From positions 14,144 to 78,143 of the IMG/VR virus record IMGVR_UViG_3300023174_000138: DNA of 64,000 nucleotides, one strand, 5' to 3'. The DNA is from a virus. The position numbers and the translations under genes were made by a program. Below are positions 1 through 7,468 of the stretch, piece by piece (the first letter of the stretch is position 1; every line of letters starts with the position of its first letter). The notes beneath the pieces are model-generated. The model had not been told where the DNA came from, did not search any database, and worked only from the letters and a program-made list of their open reading frames with translations.

Positions 1-844
1 CGGTCTCAGTGATAGACCTGCTAAATGGATTCAAAAGGTTGCTAATCTTACATATGGTGAGGTGTTAAAAGAAAACAGCCAATTTCAATCAAGGGTTATA
101 GATATTACGGAGACACCTATTCAGGAGGCGCCTGCCAAACAAATACAACCAGATCTTCCAACAGACCCCATAAACTTATTTGATAAAAATCAATGTGAAT
201 TCTACAAGGATAATCCTGTTGTCAAGGAGGCTCTAGCGTTAATTAAGCATAGAAAGCTAGACACAGCTGTTAATAAGCCTGCTGCACTATATCTCACCCT
301 GACAGATAGAATACATAAAGATAGATTAGTTATACCGTTTTACGATACTACAGGTAAGATAGTTCATTACCAAACGCGTACGATAATTGAAAATAAAAAA
401 TACCCTAAGTATCTTTCAAAGTTAAATAGTGAAAAGAGTTTATTTGGTATTAATCAAACTTTAGAAAAAATATCGTACTTGTTCGTAACGGAAGGGCCTA
501 TTGATGCTTTTTTTATTGAGAACGGTATTGCAGTCGCCGGTATTAATGAGGGTAAAGGGTCGTTCTTTACACACAAGCAACAAGAGCAACTCAATGCATT
601 CCCTCTACACGAAATTATATGGGTACTAGATAATCAGCGGATTGATTCTGCAAGTAAAAAGAAGACTATTGCTTTAGCTAAGGCAGGTCAAAAAGTTTTT
701 ATATGGCCAGAAAAACTTAAAATGTACAAAGACCTTAATGAAATGGCTATCGGTCTAAAAGTTAACAAAATTTCTACTAAATTTATTCTAGATAATACCT
801 TTTCAGGTGTAAAGGCCAATCTGATACTTGCTAACCAATCTTAA
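1..844 (+). CDS. gp61: DNA primase (T4 gp61-like), 5'-truncated by the window edge
   Basis: The frame is open from position 2 (GLSDRPAKWIQKV...). RLVIPFYD..G...YQ.R and the TOPRIM motifs VTEGPIDAFF, VLDN and KDLNEM are present. Confidence 0.9.
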   Translation, partial: GLSDRPAKWIQKVANLTYGEVLKENSQFQSRVIDITETPIQEAPAKQIQPDLPTDPINLFDKNQCEFYKDNPVVKEALALIKHRKLDTAVNKPAALYLTLTDRIHKDRLVIPFYDTTGKIVHYQTRTIIENKKYPKYLSKLNSEKSLFGINQTLEKISYLFVTEGPIDAFFIENGIAVAGINEGKGSFFTHKQQEQLNAFPLHEIIWVLDNQRIDSASKKKTIALAKAGQKVFIWPEKLKMYKDLNEMAIGLKVNKISTKFILDNTFSGVKANLILANQS

Positions 845-1248
845 GAATCTTCGCCAGAAATTAAATAGCCTTTTAACGATTCATTTAATGAACTTAGCTC
901 CATTGCAACTCTAGCTAAGCGCTTCTTTTCACTGTTTGAAATTTTTTCAAAAAGCGTATCACAACCAGCAGCAGCAAGCTGCGATTGTACGCTGGAACTA
1001 TCAACACCATTAATAAAATTAATAAACTTTTCTACTTCCTGTATCCAGCCTGCAAGTGTCTTTTTCTGAGCAGCGTTGTGCGCGCCTCTAACCTGATCAA
1101 CACCTTGTGGAGGTGCGTTCGCATCTAATGCAGCGGGGTTAGTACCAGGCTCTAATTCTGAGGCCATTGCTTCGGGCTCTGTAGGTAAATCTTGCTCAGT
1201 TTTATCGGCTTCTAAAAGGTGTGTAAATCTCTTTGCAAACAAATTCAT
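841..1248 (-). CDS. Late hypothetical protein, candidate internal head protein
   Basis: 135-aa ORF with TAAATA 5 nt before the ATG. N-terminus MNLFAKRFTHLLE-A resembles a capsid-targeting/protease-cleavage leader. Confidence 0.7.
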   Translation of the reverse strand: MNLFAKRFTHLLEADKTEQDLPTEPEAMASELEPGTNPAALDANAPPQGVDQVRGAHNAAQKKTLAGWIQEVEKFINFINGVDSSSVQSQLAAAGCDTLFEKISNSEKKRLARVAMELSSLNESLKGYLISGEDS

Positions 1249-1253
1249 ATTAT

Positions 1254-1283
1254 TATTTATTATCTACATGACTAGATTAAATA
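1254..1283. promoter_or_regulatory. Divergent pair of T4-type late promoters
   Basis: TAAATA on the minus strand (1259-1254) and plus strand (1278-1283), each 5 nt before an ATG. Confidence 0.75.
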
Positions 1284-1288
1284 TATAT

Positions 1289-1660
1289 ATGGTAAAAAAA
1301 GTAAGTGCGCTAAATGAGGACTCGCAAATGCTTTATAATAAATGGGTTAGAGGCATTGCTACGAGACAGCTACAACCCGAAATAATTACACTTTCTGATA
1401 TAGTCAATCGTTTCCGCAATAACAACCAGGCGCCTAAAGTATTACCGTATCCACTTGATAAGGTTATAGATTTCTTGGGCGATATCTTTGTAAAATGTGC
1501 AGATTTGCGTAGAACTCTAGCTCAAGGTGTTAGCAGTCCTTTAATTAAAGATAAAGCTGAAAAAATTAAGACTATTAGAGAATTAAATTCAGAAATACAA
1601 AAAATTCAAGAACAATTGTTTAGCTGTACAGACAAACTAAACAAATTACTTGAAAAATAA
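1289..1660 (+). CDS. Late hypothetical protein (start revised from 1268 to 1289)
   Basis: TAAATA 1278-1283, then 5 nt, then in-frame ATG 1289. C-terminus is coiled-coil-like. Confidence 0.7.
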   Translation: MVKKVSALNEDSQMLYNKWVRGIATRQLQPEIITLSDIVNRFRNNNQAPKVLPYPLDKVIDFLGDIFVKCADLRRTLAQGVSSPLIKDKAEKIKTIRELNSEIQKIQEQLFSCTDKLNKLLEK

Positions 1661-1678
1661 CTAGTTACAGTTTAATAT
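1650..1678 (+). promoter_or_regulatory. Sigma70-like promoter
   Basis: TTGAAA-17-TAATAT, 6 nt before ATG 1685. Confidence 0.55.
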
Positions 1679-1684
1679 ATAGGT

Positions 1685-2116
1685 ATGTTAAAACGGGCTG
1701 CACTTAGTCTTTTATTGACTTTTTTTGTCAGTACACTATTAGCCTGGCCATTGACTTTTTTAGGGGTTTGGTTTTTAAGTGGGTTTGGATTTTTTACCGT
1801 TCTACAATTCGTTGGGTTTTATTTTTATAGAGATTATCTTACACGTAAAAATGCTATTGAAGAGCAAAAATTAATTATTGCCCGTGAAGCCGAGCTTAGT
1901 AAGCAAGGAGCAGAGGTTGTATGTCCATGTGACAGACAGGTAAAATGCTTTATACCTATAGTGCTAAATCAACGAAATGAATATATCTGCCCGGGTTGTG
2001 ATAAGAATGTAAATGTAGCTGTAAATCTAAAAACTGTATTAGTTACGACACCAATTGTTGATACACTAGAGGATGTTGTAGTAAATAAATTAAGGAGTCA
2101 AAGTGGAAATAGTTAA
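1685..2116 (+). CDS. Membrane protein with two N-terminal TM helices and a C-terminal Cys4 zinc-ribbon-like motif
   Basis: Hydrophobic residues about 5-47; CPCD...CPGC motifs; sigma70-like promoter directly upstream. Confidence 0.7.
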   Translation: MLKRAALSLLLTFFVSTLLAWPLTFLGVWFLSGFGFFTVLQFVGFYFYRDYLTRKNAIEEQKLIIAREAELSKQGAEVVCPCDRQVKCFIPIVLNQRNEYICPGCDKNVNVAVNLKTVLVTTPIVDTLEDVVVNKLRSQSGNS

Positions 2117-2489
2117 TGTAGTCGCTAGTCAAATAATGCCTGTTTCTGGCTACACGGCCCCGCCGTCTATTGCTCAGGTAAAAAAAGAAGTTGAAAATTT
2201 CTTTTTTTCAAAAGGACCACTAGCCTATAAAATATACAAAAACGCCTATACAAGCTCGTTAGGTGACTCTGCCTCGCCCGAGGCTTTTATTCAAGAATTC
2301 TTTAATGCATTAGAAAATTCTATTAAATTACAGCTCAGGGACGTTGTTGTTGAACCAACAACAACATTAAAGAATGTTTTTGAAATATTGCGCAATAGCT
2401 TTGCTATTTTGAGTACTGCTGGCGTAAAAATTGACCCGGTTACCTTTTACGCGACTTTGGTCGCGTTTGTATTAAGTAAATTAAAATAG
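2103..2489 (+). CDS. Hypothetical protein
   Basis: 128-aa ORF with GTG start, preceded by AAGGAG and overlapping the upstream gene. Confidence 0.65.
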   Translation: MEIVNVVASQIMPVSGYTAPPSIAQVKKEVENFFFSKGPLAYKIYKNAYTSSLGDSASPEAFIQEFFNALENSIKLQLRDVVVEPTTTLKNVFEILRNSFAILSTAGVKIDPVTFYATLVAFVLSKLK

Positions 2490-2492
2490 TTC

Positions 2493-2521
2493 TTGCGTTA
2501 AAAAAATTGTTCATATATTAT
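2493..2521 (+). promoter_or_regulatory. Sigma70-like promoter
   Basis: TTGCGT-17-TATTAT, 7 nt before ATG 2529. Confidence 0.55.
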
Positions 2522-2528
2522 TTACCGT

Positions 2529-2885
2529 ATGAACGATACAATTAATATTCAAGGTTCGGAAAAAACGCATACCATGAAAAAAGTTGAGTATGCTAGATGG
2601 CTATGTCTTGTCGAGGCTATTGATTTGATTGAGAGAAAAGCCAGCGAGCTTAAAGCTGATTTAATTTCAGATGACTTCTGGGTAAAGCCGTTAGCTTTTC
2701 AAAAATATATTGAACAAAGACTTGAAACGATGGTCATTGATGTCGATAGGGAGGAGTTTAACATCCCTACAAACGTATCTATAGATTTGAATAAGGATTT
2801 AGTACCAGTCGCTACTCAAGAAGAAGAAATTAAAGAGGAAGATGTTGAACCTTCGGAAGAAGATATTGCAGAGGTTACCGTTTAA
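2529..2885 (+). CDS. Hypothetical protein with acidic C-terminal tail
   Basis: 118-aa ORF downstream of TTGCGT-17-TATTAT; E/D-rich tail. Confidence 0.7.
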   Translation: MNDTINIQGSEKTHTMKKVEYARWLCLVEAIDLIERKASELKADLISDDFWVKPLAFQKYIEQRLETMVIDVDREEFNIPTNVSIDLNKDLVPVATQEEEIKEEDVEPSEEDIAEVTV

Positions 2886-3634
2886 TAGTACCCGCCGTAA
2901 ATTTCAGTGTTATTAACAGACATATCAAATATTTGTCTGCTACTAGTTGTGTCCGTGCTTTCAGGATAACTACTTGGCCGCGGTGTATAGGTTTTATCGT
3001 CCGGTATTGACGTTGCAATTGTACCGTACTGTGCATTGTCATAGACTTGTGCGCTACCTTTTTCTTGAGGTAAATTCGGCTCAAAAGAATTATCAAAGCG
3101 CTTAGCTTTTAATAACCATACATAGTGACCCATAAGAGGATTAATTTCCGAATTTTCCTGGTCCAATCGCTCTGTTATCTCGTACATTTTTCCATCTCTC
3201 TCACCTGGTCTTGTATTGCCATATTCTACCATCTTGAAAACATCTCCTGCTTTAGGTTCCGTATCAGGTGGATAAACAGAATAAAATGAACTTATGTGAA
3301 GATAGGCTGTACATGTTTCATCGCTCATGTAACCAAATTTGCTCAAGATTAATGCGTTTTCAGATAACTTGATCGCCATCACAACATCTCTTGGATCTTC
3401 AAATCTTGCTGTAGGTTGTTCACCGTAAACATTATCTGCAGATAACAGATTGTATGTATTACGAAAATACTGAACTTTTTGACCGTATAAATCTAACTGC
3501 TCTCTCCAATAATTACTGTACAGTTGTCTTTCACATTCATTATTTTCTTTTTCCGTAAACCTTAAAGTGCTTGTAGTGTATTTTAATGGGTATGTTCTTA
3601 TACAGTTTACACCGGTGTACTTATCGATACTCAT
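2882..3634 (-). CDS. gp14: Neck protein (T4 gp14-like)
   Basis: E.L.LYG..V.Y.R.......D.VYGE.P..RF, SKFGY..DE and PKAGD motifs are typical of gp14. Confidence 0.85.
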   Translation of the reverse strand: MSIDKYTGVNCIRTYPLKYTTSTLRFTEKENNECERQLYSNYWREQLDLYGQKVQYFRNTYNLLSADNVYGEQPTARFEDPRDVVMAIKLSENALILSKFGYMSDETCTAYLHISSFYSVYPPDTEPKAGDVFKMVEYGNTRPGERDGKMYEITERLDQENSEINPLMGHYVWLLKAKRFDNSFEPNLPQEKGSAQVYDNAQYGTIATSIPDDKTYTPRPSSYPESTDTTSSRQIFDMSVNNTEIYGGYY

Positions 3635-4014
3635 TTTTGTAAAATATATCCTCTCAAATTTGGATCAAACTTTAACAAGATACCTGTATTGCCTAAGCTC
3701 TTTGGTGTGTTTGGATCTAGTCTTGAAATACCAAATTGTTGAGATAGTTTCTGTACTTCACTTGGGGTTAATGCTTTTCTACCCGAGTTGGCTATTTTTA
3801 AATCTTGCAACGCTTGAATAGCCTTTGGATCAACCCTGTGCATGTCAGGCACTGTTTGCGCGTGCTTCCGAAAACCTGGATCTTTTATTATTTTGCGATG
3901 CCTTTCTGTAGGTTTGAAAAAATTAGGACCTATATTTGTTGACAAAGTACCTTGATTCCATGTAGCTACTTCACTGAGCAATTGTTTATTGAAATATTTG
4001 GCAAAAAGACTCAC
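3631..4014 (-). CDS. Late hypothetical protein, candidate internal head protein
   Basis: Perfect TATAAATA 4 nt before the GTG; N-terminus MSLFAKYFNKQLLSE; ATGA overlap with gp14. Confidence 0.7.
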   Translation of the reverse strand: MSLFAKYFNKQLLSEVATWNQGTLSTNIGPNFFKPTERHRKIIKDPGFRKHAQTVPDMHRVDPKAIQALQDLKIANSGRKALTPSEVQKLSQQFGISRLDPNTPKSLGNTGILLKFDPNLRGYILQK

Positions 4015-4018
4015 AGGT

Positions 4019-4026
4019 TATTTATA
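4019..4026 (-). promoter_or_regulatory. T4-type late promoter
   Basis: TATAAATA 4 nt before GTG 4014. Confidence 0.8.
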
Positions 4027-4028
4027 AT

Positions 4029-4056
4029 AAAAAAGCCGTCATTAATGACGGCTTTT
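4029..4056. terminator. Intrinsic terminator (possibly bidirectional)
   Basis: Perfect palindrome AAAAGCCGTCATTAATGACGGCTTTT, followed by a T6 run on the minus strand. Confidence 0.85.
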
Positions 4057-4081
4057 CTATATATTATTTAAATAAGGATCT

Positions 4082-5020
4082 TTATTTAAAGAAATCGCCA
4101 ATTTTGTAACCAGTGGCGTTAACTTTATTATTCTTACTCGTTAGTGAGTGGCCCTTGCTATCAGGAAGGGCGGAAAGCTTACCATCGTTTACGGCCTTGA
4201 TATCACCGGAAGCTTTGCCGCCTTTAGCATGACCGAGCTTACCAGCAACCTTATTGTTCTTGCCTTGTAGAGCTTGACCCTTACTGTCAGGGAGCTGTTC
4301 AAGTTGAGTAGCTTCACCGGCTACTTCTTCTTGATCTTCATCTTTTTCTTCTTCTTTTTCGTCTTTTTTAGCTTTGTGCTGCTCATCTTCTTCTGCAGCA
4401 ACAGGGGCTTGCTCGTCTTCAGGCTTTTCTTCTGTTTCACCGCCAAGATCTTCTTCACCACCGTGATCTTCTTCACCACCACCTAGAACGTCGCCGAGCA
4501 TATCGTGTAATTTTTGAGCAACATCGCGAGGAAGTGTCAAGGTGATTTCATCGCCCTCACCACCCATATCTTCTGGCTTATCAGCCTCAGCACCTTCCGG
4601 GCCGGCTTGAATGCCAAGATCAAGGGCATCATCCTTCATTACATCTTCATAAAGTTTATCAAATATCGATTTGCTCATAATATTATTTATATTCGCTGGC
4701 TCCTTTTTTTCAAGGGCTGTAGAAAATTTTTGTGGCTCAAAATGATTATTTTTTTCTGCATTTTTAGGATCAACTATATTCTTGCTAAAACCTTCTGCGG
4801 CTTCTGGGCCAGTATTCTTAAGAGCGAAAGCGTTTTTATCTGTGCCCTTTGCCATTATCTTTTTAGCATCAATTTTTTTATCTTTTGCCAATGGAAAAGT
4901 AGCTAATGTCTTTTTTGTCTTTTCTTCTACTACTTCTGTACTAGTATTATTTTTCGGAGCAACATGCTCCATGGCTGCGTAAACCAACCCGATATCTTTA
5001 ATACTAGTAACTCTTGTCAT
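4082..5020 (-). CDS. Acidic/low-complexity late protein, candidate prohead core or internal protein
   Basis: 312 aa, E/K/G-rich. TATAAATA lies 6 nt before the ATG. LPDSKGxxLxxKNNKV occurs twice. A second in-frame late start is at 4678. Confidence 0.75.
   Translation of the reverse strand: MTRVTSIKDIGLVYAAMEHVAPKNNTSTEVVEEKTKKTLATFPLAKDKKIDAKKIMAKGTDKNAFALKNTGPEAAEGFSKNIVDPKNAEKNNHFEPQKFSTALEKKEPANINNIMSKSIFDKLYEDVMKDDALDLGIQAGPEGAEADKPEDMGGEGDEITLTLPRDVAQKLHDMLGDVLGGGEEDHGGEEDLGGETEEKPEDEQAPVAAEEDEQHKAKKDEKEEEKDEDQEEVAGEATQLEQLPDSKGQALQGKNNKVAGKLGHAKGGKASGDIKAVNDGKLSALPDSKGHSLTSKNNKVNATGYKIGDFFK
4684..4691 (-). promoter_or_regulatory. Internal T4-type late promoter
   Basis: TATAAATA, 5 nt, then in-frame ATG 4678 inside the 312-aa ORF. 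Confidence 0.7.
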
Positions 5021-5026
5021 ATATAG

Positions 5027-5047
5027 TATTTATACTCAGGATAAATA
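5027..5047. promoter_or_regulatory. Back-to-back late promoters for the 312-aa gene and terminase
   Basis: TATAAATA on the minus strand (5034-5027) and ATAAATA on the plus strand (5041-5047). Confidence 0.8.
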
Positions 5048-5052
5048 ATAAT

Positions 5053-6768
5053 ATGACGGATAAAGAAAAATATTATCTAGGCAACGAACGCTTGCCCACC
5101 ACAGATACCAAGTTCGAATACACATCTGAGATGATAAGCGAGATTAAAAAATGTAAGAAAAACCTATTACATTTTGCTGAGAATTACTTCTTTATCATTA
5201 ACTTAGATAGAGGTAAGGAAAAAATTAAATTATATCCTTGTCAAAAAAGAGTACTCAGGAACTTAAGAGATAATCGTTTTGTCATACTACTCTCTTCTAG
5301 ACAGAGCGGTAAAACTACACAAATGACAATATATTGTCTGTGGAATGCATGCTTTAATGATGATCAGAGAATTCTTATTGTTGCAAATAAAGAGCAAACA
5401 GCGAAAAATATTTTCAAACGGGTAAGACTAGCCTATGAGATGTTACCTAATTTTTTAAAGCCTGGTGTAGTCGAATACGGTCAGACAAGCATGACACTTA
5501 CAAACGGCAGTAGTATAGGTATCAGTACAACTAGCAGCGACGCGGGTAGAGGTGATAGCTGTAATTGTCTTGTGTTGGATGAATTGGCTTTTATTGACAA
5601 TCATATTGTTGATAAATTCTGGGAATCAGTATATCCAATTATTAGTAGTTCTAAAAAAAGTAAAATTTTTATTGCAAGTACCCCTAACGGTACAGATAAT
5701 CTTTTCTACAGACTCTATAAAGGCGCTGAAGAGGGCGATAATAACTGGCGAGCAGAAAGAATCGATTGGTGGGAAATCCCCGGAAGAGATGAAAAATGGA
5801 AACACGATACAATTAAAACTCTTGGTAGCGCGGAAACATTTTCGCAAGAATTTGGAAATGAATTTCTTCATGGTGGCGAAAGTAGTATTAATGAATTTCT
5901 ATATAATTCCTCTTTAAGAGATTGCAGAGAGCCAGAATTTGTTTTTGATGATGGAAAATATTTAATGTGGGAGGAGCCACGTGAAGAAAGAATTTATATA
6001 GCGGGTGTTGATGTAAGCGAGGGTGTGAACGAGGCGGCTAGCGTTGTACAAATTTTAGATGTTACTGATTTATCTAGTATAGAGCAGGTTGCGGTTTACC
6101 ATACTCGAAATACACCGCCATTTCAATTTACTGCAAAACTTTTAGAGATTTTAACACAATGGGGGCGGCCACCTGTTTGTATAGAAAGAAATAGTTGCGG
6201 TGCGCAAGTGGTAGAACAACTCAAATTTACTCATGGGTATGAAAATATAGTATCGTGGGGCGCTAAAGCAGGTGATAAAACTGATTTTAAAAGAGTTGGA
6301 ATTTTATCACACACAAATACAAAGTACAGAGGCATTACTAACATGAGATATTGGGTGAACGAATTAAAAGTATTAAAGTTTAGAGATATTAATACTCTTA
6401 AGGAATTTAAAACTTTTATAAGATATCCTAATAATACGTGGGGTGCACGCCCCGGTGCTGATACCTGGGATGATAGAGTCATGGCCTTAGTATGGGCTTT
6501 AATTATTCTTGAAAATGAGCTTTGTAACAGATATTTTGATGTTATTAAGCTTGATGATTGTGATAGACCACAAATTATTAAACCGTTAGACTATGGTATA
6601 AGAGGTGTCGTGAGTCCACTCAGCTTATACATGAACGAAAAAAATATTGGGGCTGAAACCGCGCTGCCCACTATTTTCGAAGGCGGGAGTGAAGAAAAAG
6701 ATGCAGAAATGGAAGAGTTAAAAAGACAAGGCTGGTACTTACCGGGACAGTCATTTTTTGATAAATAA
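5053..6768 (+). CDS. gp17: Terminase large subunit (T4 gp17-like; start revised to 5053)
   Basis: YLGN..L N-terminus, Walker A SSRQSGKTT, Walker B LVLDELAF, coupling motif STPNG, nuclease motifs GVDVSEG and DDRVMAL. TAAATA lies 5 nt before ATG 5053. Confidence 0.96.
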   Translation: MTDKEKYYLGNERLPTTDTKFEYTSEMISEIKKCKKNLLHFAENYFFIINLDRGKEKIKLYPCQKRVLRNLRDNRFVILLSSRQSGKTTQMTIYCLWNACFNDDQRILIVANKEQTAKNIFKRVRLAYEMLPNFLKPGVVEYGQTSMTLTNGSSIGISTTSSDAGRGDSCNCLVLDELAFIDNHIVDKFWESVYPIISSSKKSKIFIASTPNGTDNLFYRLYKGAEEGDNNWRAERIDWWEIPGRDEKWKHDTIKTLGSAETFSQEFGNEFLHGGESSINEFLYNSSLRDCREPEFVFDDGKYLMWEEPREERIYIAGVDVSEGVNEAASVVQILDVTDLSSIEQVAVYHTRNTPPFQFTAKLLEILTQWGRPPVCIERNSCGAQVVEQLKFTHGYENIVSWGAKAGDKTDFKRVGILSHTNTKYRGITNMRYWVNELKVLKFRDINTLKEFKTFIRYPNNTWGARPGADTWDDRVMALVWALIILENELCNRYFDVIKLDDCDRPQIIKPLDYGIRGVVSPLSLYMNEKNIGAETALPTIFEGGSEEKDAEMEELKRQGWYLPGQSFFDK

Positions 6769-6773
6769 ATCAA

Positions 6774-7367
6774 ATGGCAACACAACCAAATCAAACACCA
6801 ATATTTCAAAGCCCGTTAAACAAGCAGAGAAAAGATAAATTTATTTGCGTTTTAACTATTCCAAGAATATTGCGCGATGAAGTAGAGGATATTGCTAGAA
6901 GAAATTCTTCAGTAAATTTTGACGCATTACAATTTAGTATTTTTGGCGCTGTCGCCCCACCTATAGAAATACCTCCAGTCCAAGTACCTTACGCTGGCCA
7001 GACTCTTAAGGTGACTTCCTATGCAAGACCTTCATTTCCTGTATTAAAAATTGATTTTACTGTTGACAATTTTTTTAATAATTATTGGGTTATATATAAA
7101 TGGCTTGAAGTTTTTAATGACCCAACAATTGGAGTTTTTAGCCCCAATGATACAGATTTAGATTCACGAACAGCACAGTATATGACTAATATTACTATCT
7201 ACGGGTTAGATGAATATAATAATAAAACAATAAAATTTGACTATATCCGGGCGTTTCCTGTTGCTCTGCAAGGTATTGAATACAATGATAGGGACAGTGG
7301 GGAGATGGAATGTAGTTTTAATTTTGCTTATCACCAACTTAAAATAACCCTTTTACCAGTAAATTAA
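6774..7367 (+). CDS. Tail completion / tube terminator protein (T4 gp3-like)
   Basis: Tube-fold signature L.IDFTVD..F.NY..IYKWL and AFPVALQGIEY; lies next to the sheath gene. Confidence 0.7.
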   Translation: MATQPNQTPIFQSPLNKQRKDKFICVLTIPRILRDEVEDIARRNSSVNFDALQFSIFGAVAPPIEIPPVQVPYAGQTLKVTSYARPSFPVLKIDFTVDNFFNNYWVIYKWLEVFNDPTIGVFSPNDTDLDSRTAQYMTNITIYGLDEYNNKTIKFDYIRAFPVALQGIEYNDRDSGEMECSFNFAYHQLKITLLPVN

Positions 7368-7407
7368 GAAATATTGTATAAAATATTTTTTTTTTGAAAA
7401 AGTTAAA

Positions 7408-7424
7408 CATAAATAGTATAAATA
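7408..7424 (+). promoter_or_regulatory. Tandem late promoters upstream of the sheath gene
   Basis: CATAAATA 7408-7415 and TATAAATA 7417-7424. Confidence 0.75.
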
Positions 7425-7431
7425 TTAACGT

Positions 7432-7467
7432 ATGAGTAACCGTCTTTCTACTGGAGTAACAAAATAA
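7432..7467 (+). CDS. Putative 11-codon leaderless leader peptide (MSNRLSTGVTK) ahead of the sheath gene
   Basis: TATAAATA 7417-7424, 7 nt, then ATG. The ORF ends TAA-T-ATG at the sheath start. Confidence 0.4.
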   Translation: MSNRLSTGVTK

Positions 7468-7468
7468 T

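Noticed and set aside
2529-2885. gp33-like late transcription coactivator
   Set aside because: There is only a vague resemblance in size and acidity, which is not supportable without a profile search.
4274-4982. Short overlapping ORFs antisense to major genes (here and, for example, at 8053, 14128, 46053, 49021, 57279, 58323)
   Set aside because: They are shadows of biased or repetitive coding on the opposite strand and have no expression signals.
5014-5052. Longer ORF-caller starts (5014, also 1268, 31085, 33043, 61596, 63464)
   Set aside because: These extensions run over promoters or neighbouring genes. Downstream ATGs fit the TAAATA spacing or stop-start coupling.
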